A stretch of DNA of 64,000 nucleotides from a virus. Location: UHGV virus genome UHGV-0318153. One strand, written 5' to 3'. The notes under the pieces are model-generated. The model did no database searches and had not been told where the DNA came from. It worked only from the letters and a program-made list of their open reading frames with translations. This document shows positions 51,322 to 61,900 of the stretch, in pieces (positions within the stretch are counted from its first letter, which is position 1; each line of letters begins with the position of its first letter). A program made the translations under genes and the position numbers.

Positions 51322-51378
51322 TGCGTGATTGAAATCTAATTATTATATTTGCAATATCGGTCTGAATCACTTATAGCG
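51322..51378 (+). promoter_or_regulatory. Two copies of the palindromic element (c/a)ATCACT(C/T)AT(T/A)GCGTGATTGAAAT upstream of the 51382 gene
   Basis: catcactcattgcgtgattgaaatc and aatcacttatagcgtgattgaaatt. Each contains the inverted repeat ATCAC...GTGAT. Confidence 0.5.
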
Positions 51379-51381
51379 TGA

Positions 51382-52194
51382 TTGAAATTTTATGTCGAAT
51401 TTAATAATATTGTTATGGGAAAACTTAGTTTTAATGCTAATGAAGTTACTGATAAGAAACTTCTTAAAGAAGCATTTTATAAAGAATTTGAAGAATATTG
51501 GAAAACACTTGAAGAATCAAATGATAATGATTCTATTAATAATGCAATAGAAAATGTTGCTGAATTAAAGAAAAAACAAAAGAAAATAAATGATAGTAAA
51601 TATGTACCTTCTCCTTATGATAGTACAATTAAAGAAAATAGTAAAACTAAAAAAGTTGATAATGTATCATTAACATTTAATAATGATACTGTTTCTTCTC
51701 CTTTTGTTCAATGCAACCCAATAACAGTTCATACTATTTTAAAAGTTAGTAGAGAAATATCTGGTTTTGGTAGAGCAAGACATGATAAATCTTCTGTTGT
51801 TGGAGAAGGCGGTTTAATAAAAATGTATATGTATATTGTTAGTATTGTTAAAAAAGATAGTAATTTTATTAAACTTGATAAAGAACGTGTTATGCAATAT
51901 ACAGGAGTTGGAACAAATGGATATGCAGAATATTTAAGAATATTAAATAGATTAAATGTTCTTGTTGAAATTAAAAATATGAGAAGTTGTTATGTTATAA
52001 ATCATAATGTTATATACAATGGAGATAAAAAGTATTTATGTGAATGGCTTAATAAAGGTAATAAAGTTGAATTGAAAAAAGATGAAAATAAGAATTATAC
52101 TTATATAGAAATAGATGAAAACAATAAAACTAAATTAAATAATATATTTAAGAATACAATATTTGAACCTTTTGAAGAAGCTAAAATTGAATGA
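51382..52194 (+). CDS. hypothetical protein (270 aa)
   Basis: ORF. Confidence 0.5.
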   Translation: MKFYVEFNNIVMGKLSFNANEVTDKKLLKEAFYKEFEEYWKTLEESNDNDSINNAIENVAELKKKQKKINDSKYVPSPYDSTIKENSKTKKVDNVSLTFNNDTVSSPFVQCNPITVHTILKVSREISGFGRARHDKSSVVGEGGLIKMYMYIVSIVKKDSNFIKLDKERVMQYTGVGTNGYAEYLRILNRLNVLVEIKNMRSCYVINHNVIYNGDKKYLCEWLNKGNKVELKKDENKNYTYIEIDENNKTKLNNIFKNTIFEPFEEAKIE

Positions 52195-52394
52195 TTATGA
52201 AAGAAAAAGAAGAACTTGTTATTGTAAAGAAATTTACTTATAATGGTAAAGAACAATTTGCTGTTCAACAAAAAGCAACTAATGGTAATTATTATACAGT
52301 CATTATAATGATAAATGGAAAAAGTGTAGCTGCTGTATATGATAAAGAAACCGATGCTAAAAGAATGTGTAATTTATTAAAGAAATTGTTATGA
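52191..52394 (+). CDS. hypothetical small protein (67 aa)
   Basis: ORF with a start/stop overlap (ATGA). Confidence 0.45.
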   Translation: MIMKEKEELVIVKKFTYNGKEQFAVQQKATNGNYYTVIIMINGKSVAAVYDKETDAKRMCNLLKKLL

Positions 52395-52795
52395 TATTAC
52401 CTATAGTTGTTATTGCTATTATTGGATATATAATATCTAAAGTGTTTATTAGAGAAGATGATACTGAACAAGAACAATCTAATAAATTTGGTTTTGGTAT
52501 TTTGATTGGAATAATATTATTTATTTTGTTTATTGTTTGGAGAATAGGAGAAACTAATTGAAATGAAAAGAATAATAGATATTATATTTGTCGGTGTTGT
52601 GATTGTTGCTATTATAGCTGGAGTTATTGATGATAACGAATATAGTTGTCGATATAACGACTTATTTTAAGGCTCTCTGACGCATGATTGTCAAAAATCA
52701 ATACAAACTATCATGCTAATATAGAAAATGCAACAGATGGCAAATCTGTAAGCGAGAAGGCATAGTAACGAATAGTTATGAATGTGAGTAGTAGT

Positions 52796-52842
52796 AGGCG
52801 GATGACTGGTTATTAACTGGTTGTCCGCCTATAATTTTTTTC
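52796..52842 (+). terminator. Terminator hairpin AGGCGGA...TCCGCCT + TATAATTTTTTT between convergent transcription units
   Basis: Read from the sequence. Confidence 0.55.
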
Positions 52843-52960
52843 AGTTACTCCATCTTCAATATTAGCAATAATTCTATCAAGTATATTAATACGAAAATGC
52901 CCATAAGGAGCGGCATGATTATTACCATGTCATTCCCTACGGGCAAGTTTCAGTGAGATA

Positions 52961-55900
52961 TTATTTTCTTATCCATTCACCTATTTTTTTAACAGGTATA
53001 ACAGACAAAGCATTATCTCCAAGTTTATAATAACTGTTATTATCAGGCAATTCAATAATACGTTGTATATTACGATATACAGGTATATTTCTACCAATTA
53101 TAACTTTAAGTTTATTTTCTCCAGCATAACGACCAGTTTTATATTCTCCTTCAAATCCATTATCAATCAATGTTTGAACTCCAAATGCTAATCCTTTTAA
53201 TAAATCATCACCACTTTGCCATATAGCAACAGGACTAGACCAAAGTTTTTCACCTTCACTAGCAAGACCAATAGGAGTAAATGCAAATGCTTCTGAAGCA
53301 AGTCTATCAGCCTGATACATTAATAAATTATACCAAATACTTTCTTCATTATCTTTATCACCTCCAGCTATTGCAGTCAAAGCAATTGCAGTAACTACAG
53401 CAGCACCTGTATAAACAAAATCAGCATAAGCACGTCTAATATTAGCACGTTCATTTTCTGATAATAGATTATAATTAAGTTTAATATGAGTAATAAAACT
53501 AATAGCATTTTTACAATATTCTTGTATAGCTTGTAGTGTATCAAGTTCTTCTTGACTGCGTTTATATTTAGTTAAATGATAAGGAGTATTAATAAATTGC
53601 ATAAGACTATTATAAGCACCTTTTTCAATAGTTTCTAATACTTCATCATAATAACCATGTCGTCTATATCTTTTCTTAAATCCAGGATATAGATGTTTAT
53701 GGAATTGCATTACAATACCACCCCACCATTCATTTTCAATTTTAGCAGCACCAATTTTATCATATACACCATGAACTTTCTTATTAACTTTGATAACTTT
53801 TTCTACAAGTTTTGCAAAGTCTTTGAGTTCAATATCTGCATCAGCTTTTAGATTTGCATAATCATCAACAAGTTCAAATTGACTATAAACATCTGGCAAT
53901 TCTTCAAACTTTTTCTTTGCTTCTTTCATCAACTCTTTACGTTTTCTTACAAATTCAATCATTCTTTCTTTTGTAAGATGTGTTCTAATAAAATCTGTTA
54001 TAACATTATCATTAAACATATTATAATTAGCACGTCTATTTTCATCAGCAAGAATATCATTAAAGAATTTATCATAAGCATCACGTTCTTCTTCATTCAG
54101 TACAATCATTAATGCTTCTAATTCTTTTTCTCGTTTAAACATTTCAAACGATACTATTTTAACATTACCATCAGCATCTTTAATTATACGATGATTTTTC
54201 ATCATTGTCAAAAGAACAGTATTTTGCATATAATGTTCACCAGCAGTTTGTGGAGTAAATAACAAACCTCTTAACTTCTTTATATTACCTTTTATATCAT
54301 TAGCTGTCAATTCTGCTATTCTATCATAATCAACAACATTTGCCAGTTTTATAATACCATCTTGTAATGTAGTAGATTTATCATTATACATATTAGACAT
54401 ATAACTAATAGCACCACCAACATAAAGATTTTGACCAACTATCCAATCTTTCTCATTAAAGTATTCTCTAGCAAATCTTTCTGCTGCAAGGTTAGTCTGA
54501 CCTGTAAGAATATTTGCAATACCACCAGTAATATTTAACATCATATATTTAGTACCAGCCATATTTTGAGCAATACTAGCAAACTTTAATAACTGTGGAT
54601 TGGTATTATTTTTATAAGTATCTCTTACAACTCTACGAATATAATTTCTTAATTGAGCAGATGTATTGCGATTACTTTCAGTTTTATATTCAACTTCACT
54701 TTCTGCACTTAATCTATAATCTTGTATTAATTCATTTTTATAATTAAGTTTATAAGCATCATAACTCAACAAAGCATCATCAGCTGCATATAATTTACCT
54801 TTAATTAATCTAATAGCATCATATCTAGCACTATTTATTATAAACGATTTAAATACATTTTCCCAATCTTTATTGATTAATTGATTATGTATCTTTTCAT
54901 TTTCTTCTCTTATCTTAGCATTAACATCTTTAGCTTCTTGTTTACGTTTAATAAATTCAGCTTCACTTTCACCAGGTTTAGGAAAATGAGGAACTTCAAC
55001 ATATTTAGAACTATTTCTATCCAATAACATTTGCAACATTGGATTATCTTTTTCTTCATCAGTATTATAAGTTATATTTTCCAAATCTTGCCATTTAGTA
55101 TCAGTAGGAATATTAGAACTAATACCAATAAATGCCATAGCTTCTTTAAATATATCTTTATAATCAAATTCTTTTTCTTTACTAATAGAAGGAAGATAAC
55201 CTTGTTTTACATAATATTTATTACTATCAGTAAAAGCATATTGCATCATTATCTTCTTTAGATTATTCAACAATTTTAATTCATATTCATTTAATGCTTT
55301 ATAATTAGAATTATCATAACTTACTTCTTTACGAGTTCCATCTTCTTGCTTAGCTTTATATGTACTACCTTCTTTATAAGTTGGATAATTCTTATCATAT
55401 TTCTCATTAAGATAATCTTTATTAGGTTCTAAATCTGTCTGATTAATTCTAGCTTCCCATTTACCTTTAGCTTTATTACCGCTTTCATCTATATATTCAG
55501 TATGTGTCCATATTTTTAATGGTTCATATTGACGACTATAAGGATTATAATAATGATTATCAAAATACCATTTTTTAAATTCTTCTTTACTCATATTATC
55601 TCTATTAGTTCTCATAACTTCATAATAATATTGAGTTTTAGTATTTTGAACGTGTTTATTAATCAATCTTATATAATCAGTTTTATTTTTATTAACCCAT
55701 TTACTTTCATCTTTAGGTTTAAGAACGCCATAGAATATTGTATTAGGAACAACATTACCTTCATCATCTACAGTTTCAAATACTTTTTTCCATGCTTGAT
55801 ACCATTCATCACCATTTTTGTATGCTCTTGCTCTATCTGCTTCATAAGCCGCATTATTATATGTAATAACACATTCTTCAGCAATAAATTCAGCAGCTTT

Positions 55901-58900
55901 TTTATTTTTAGTTTTATCAAGGTCATACAATTCTAACAACTTAGACAATTTATTCAAATCATCCATAGTAAGTTTATCACTACCTGTATTAAGCACTCTA
56001 GCTGTACTATCCCAAACCTTATCAAGAATTTTATTAATTGCTTCTATATCTTCTATTTCATCTTCTGATTTAACTTTATCGTTTCTTAAATTATCATAGA
56101 ATTCATATTCATAAATAACAACATCATCATCTTGACTTCTTAATATACCAGCATAAGGTAAACCACTTCTTTTACTAAAATGAAAATTACGAACAGTTTC
56201 TTTTTTAATTCGTTCTATTTGTTCAGCTGTAAATTTTCTACCATCAAGAATACCAAATTCATCACGAGCATTTGCTTGTTCAATAGCAATATTTAAAGCA
56301 GAAGTTTTACTAATAGTTGGGTCATTAAATGCAGTCAAGCAAGCATTGATTTCATTAATAAAATCAGCATCTGGTTTATACATCGCATTAGCTCTCAACC
56401 ATGCTTTAGCTTTTCTATATTCTTTATTTTGCATAAGAATATTCATTGGAATAAGAAGTCGTCCTTCATGGTCACGAGCACCTTCAATATCAGATATTGT
56501 CTTTAAAGCATTATTAAGTTGTTCTTCAAAACCAACTTTAATATTTCTATCAAAGAATAATTCTTTTAAATATCTATTTCTATCAATAAATGCGTATAAT
56601 GTTCTAGCAGCGGTTAAATCTTCATCATCTTTAATTTCATAATTATCATCAAAGTCAGAAGTCATTAAACGAAGTTTAAGATATATTTGATGTATCTTTT
56701 CATCTTGTTCTTCTGTTGGAGTATTACCAATTATATTACTTAATATATCAGATTGTTCTTTCATTAATCTTTTATATTCAGCATATAATTCAGCAACTTT
56801 TGGATTTTTATTATATAATACAGCGTATTGATTAGCAATAGTTTCTCTTGTATAATCAACCATTACTTCATTACCATCAATATCAATATCTTTAATGGGA
56901 ATAAATTGTGATTCTGTAGTTGCAGCTATAAATGCATCATATTCTAATTTAGCTCTTAATGCCTTAACACTAAATTTATCTTTTGTTTCATCTACAGCTT
57001 TAATATATTCTTTATTAAGTTTGTCTTTCATTTCAAACCATTCTTTATTATTTGGCTGAACAAGACGACCATTTTCATCAACAATTTTATTCCAATCAAT
57101 AGATTTACCATTTTTAGCAGCTTCAGCTTTTAAATCAGAAAGCATTTTAGCAAATTGTTGTGCTTCAATTTTACCTCTAAATTCTCCTTCTTTAATAATA
57201 GCTTGACTTTCACCAACAACAGCTTGAACTAATTGATTATGATTAAATGCAATATCTTGTATATTCAAATCAAAAAATCCTGTATCTCCATAAAATGTAA
57301 GAGCATCTTGTAATCCAGATTTAATATTAGGATTAGTAGTGCTACTATTAATAAATTCTCCCCAATAACTTCTTTTAGCTTGAAGTACAATAGTATCATT
57401 ATTCAATTTATTAATAGCTTCTTTTATAGTTTCTAATGCTGCTTTTGTATCTTCATCATAACCTTCAATATTAATATCTCTAAATGAATATCTATCTTTA
57501 AACGATGTGATTGTATTAATAAGAGTAATAAACTTACGTTCAAGATTATTATCTTTCAACACTCTTTCTATAACTCTAGCATCATTTAATTTCAATTCAT
57601 TGCCATCTTCATCAATAGTAAAATGATAAGCATCATATATTAATCTATCAGCAGTAGCTTTTACAAATTTAGCAACAGTAGAAGAAGCAACAGGAAGATT
57701 ATTGGCGATTTCTTTTGTATCTTTATAGTTAATATTAGCATTATTAAGTATCTTCATCATACTTTCAGCTAATTTATTACCGCCAAAACTTTCTTGTCTA
57801 GCAATAGCAACTGTTTGTTTAATAGCAAAACTAGCTGCATCACGTTCTCCAATGCTACTATATCTTTTGCCATATTCCACTACGGGCAAGATACCGTAAT
57901 CACTTTCTGGTTTATAATTAGGATATTCATCAAGAAAATCAATATAATCTTGATAAAGATTACTAGTATTTCCTCTAAGTCTATCGGCTACTTCTTCTGT
58001 AATTTTTGTAGCAACATATTTCTTACCATTTATAGCATTATTTATTATTAATTTATCTCCTGTAAATCCAGTATTACGAAGAATTAATTGCGGTTTATCA
58101 AAGAAATTATTATTTGCAATAGCTAATGCTTCGTTTATGTTATTTGTTTCATCTATAGTTATTTCTGTAGCACCAACAAACTTATCTTTATATAAAGCAT
58201 ATTGTTCAGCAAGTTTTTCACTTTTATATCCATATACAATATCAAATAAAGATTTATATACATTGTTACGAGCAATTGAACTATCTTCTATTGTTTTATT
58301 GGTATCAATTTCATCAAGTTTGTTTAATGGATAATATGTAACATCTTCTATATGATTAATACCATAATATAATTTTGCTGTATTACCACGTCTAATTTTT
58401 ATTATCTTATAAGCTTCATCTTTATTCAATAATCCTAATTTATTAAAATCTTTTGTATTAGCTGTATCATATGTATAAACAGTTATTGAACCATCATTAT
58501 TAAATTCAATATCTTGAGCATGATTTACATTTTTCTTTATAATTTTATCTACATCTACAAATCTGGCAGGAAAATCATCATAATTTTGACGAACAAAACC
58601 AATAATTAATTTTTCTGAAACATTTGCAGTTGGTGTAATAAATCTATAATTATCAAAAGCTAATTTAGTACTAAATCCAATATTCATACCACCAACATTA
58701 GTAGGTTTTAATGGTAAAGTAGAAATAGCACGAGCAATATTACCAACTTTAAAATTATTTCCTTCTACAACATAAGTATATTTTACTAAATCTATTGCAG
58801 CTAATCTAATAATTGGATTACTACTTAAATAAGCTAAATCAAATAAATCATATAAATAATCATTTGTATAATTACCTTGATTAAGTTTAAGTTCATTTGA

Positions 58901-61900
58901 TATATAACCTTTTTGCTTAATAGTAAATTCATTAAATTTATTTACTGATATAAAATCAAATATACCTATATTATCAAAATTCTCTTTAATATAAAGAACT
59001 TTTTGAGCAGGACTTAATTTAGCAAAGGCTAATACTTCTTCTTTAGTTGGATTATTAATATCAGCTATTTTAAAATCAATATTTTTAGTATATTCACTTC
59101 CAATACCAGCAATTCTAGACATTTCATTTTCAATATCTATCTGTAGCTTGCCCGTAGAGGATTGCTTGATTAATACACTACCATCATCATCTAAAGCAAT
59201 AGGATATATAATAGCTGGATTATTATCATTTACATATAATCTCTTAACTAAATATTTTTTATAATCATTATAAAGTTTTTCTGATAGTTTTCCATTTTTT
59301 GTATATTTAGCTATATCATATATAAGTTCTACAAAATTAGGCTCTGCTGTTTCAAATACTTGTTGTCCAACTTTCAATGCAGTAACAGAAGAATATTTCA
59401 ACATAGCAGCAAGAGAAGGATAACTACTATTTTTAATATCAGATTTAGCAAAAGTATTTATACCTTTACTAATACCAGGATAAATAGCTTCAACTACTGG
59501 AACTATTTCACCTTTTTTATTTTCAGCATATAGTTTATTATCATTTGTCAATATATCATCTATTTGTCTAAATATTCTATCTGTAGCATAATAACTAGGT
59601 TTAGCACCAAATTTATCTGCTGTCAATATACTAAGAGTATTATTAACAATACTACCTAATTGATTTAGTTTATTAAATTGCAGAAGAACCATAAAATCAT
59701 GTATCTTCTTTTCTTCTTCTGTCATTTCATTACTAAATCGTTTTACATTTAATTCTCTATCAATAATAGGAAAACCTACATCACCATAAACATTTGTTAT
59801 ATACCCTTTTTCATTATATTTACGATAAACAGCAGAAGCTAAATCTGACATATTTTTACCATCAGTTGTAATCCCCAAAGCAGTAGCAGCGTCATCAAGA
59901 GCTTTTGATAAAGGATTAATATATTCACTATTAGCAAATGATTGACTTTCATTCCAATACTTAACAAGATTATCCATAGCAGGTTGATACATAAAACTAA
60001 TAGCAGTCTTATAATCAATACCAGCATTAATCATAACTTTGAAGGCATTAAATGTATAAGTATTCTCATTATGAATAGCACCTTCTTTCATAACATCAAG
60101 AATATGTGCTGTAGTTTGAGAACTATAAGGAGTTAAAAGATAACCTTCAACATTTTTATTATCTTCACTCCAACCTTGATTTGTAAAATTAATTACGTTA
60201 TTTTCAACTTTACCAAATCTATTTTTTTCTCCTATCTTTTGTTTATCTATTGTTTCTTTATCATATCTAACAGGTATAGCAAACGGCAATCTTATTTTTG
60301 TTCTATTACCAATACTAGCAAATGTATCAAGATTAACAGATATAGCTTTAAGTTTAATACCAGAACTAGCAGATTCTTTCCAATCTAATTGAGTAACAGC
60401 ATCATGATTACCATAAGATTTATCATCAATAACATATTTATTACTAATATTAGCAATCTTCTTCATCCAACTATTAGCTTCAGCAAGATTACTAAATTGA
60501 GATATACCCATATTTTCTTCAAAAGCAGCAGGACTATTAAGAATGTCAATAAAAGTCTGAACTATATTATTATTTCGTACATCTCTACTCACTCTTTCCT
60601 CTACGGGCAAGCTTAACCAAGATACATAATTAGGAAGATTATTATCATTAGCAAACTTTTCAGCTTCATTTAATTGTTCTTTAGTATTTTCTTCAATAAC
60701 ATCTTTTATTTTATTTCTATTAGTTTCGCTTAAAGCAACATTATCATCTTCTTGACTATCAAATAATTCTTGAGTTGCTATATAAGTATCATAAACATTA
60801 TCAAGTATTTTTGTTTGATTTTGTATTTCTCCACTTTCTTTTAAATTATATAGTCTTTCTATAGCAGAATCTATATATTCTTTAGAAGAAATACCATCTT
60901 CTTTTTTACCAATAGCTTGAATTATTTTATGAAGTTCTTTATCTTTAGTTTCTTTTGCTAATTGATATATATTATATTTATCTTTAAATCGATTATCTAA
61001 TGATTTAAGAATTTTAGCTTGATAATCTTCATTTAATTTTTTTCTATCTTCTTTTTCTTTATCTTTAATAAATTTAATAGAGCTTTCTATTTGACCATTA
61101 TATTTACTTAATGCTTTTCTAGCAGCCATACCGACATTATCTTTAATATATCGAATATAGCCTTTTTCATTTAATGGATAATCATTTTCTGTTGGTTCAA
61201 TAACTTTTCCATCTTTATTTAATGTTATATGTTTAGTCATTGCATAAACACTATCAACGTCAAAGTCAGAACCTGTTTGTGTTACCCATTCATCTGGAAC
61301 TACAACTGTACTACCATAAGCATCAGGAAGAAATTCTACAACTTTCATTATAACAATAGATTGTTTACCTTCTGTTGGAATACGATAACCAATCATTGTT
61401 CGTAAATCTTCAGGAACTTCATTAATGTCTATTGGTATTTTCTTTGTTGTTCCATCTTCTTGTTTTATTGTTCTATATAAAGCATTGCTCCATCTTTTTA
61501 ATCGAATTTCAGCATAATAAACAGGAATACCATTTATTTCACCTTGTTTTCTATATTCAAGTTTATGATTATGTTCAGCTTCATGATTTGCAAGATATTC
61601 ACTATCTTTTACTGTATCTTTATCTACAGTAAATCCAAAATCTGATAACTGAGCAGCGTGCCATCCTTCAATAGTTTGACGAGTAATACGTTTATTAAAT
61701 AAAGCATTAGTAACATTTTCAAGTTTTGTACTAACATTATTCATAATTAATGGAAGTTGGTCACTGCCTTCAAGAGCGGTATCAAGAAATTCCATAAGAA
61801 CTCTATCTGCTCCATTTTTTGCCATATTTTCTTTAACAAGCTGCAAGAATACTTTTCTATTTAAACCAACTATAGCACCATCTTTAAGTTTAATATTGCC

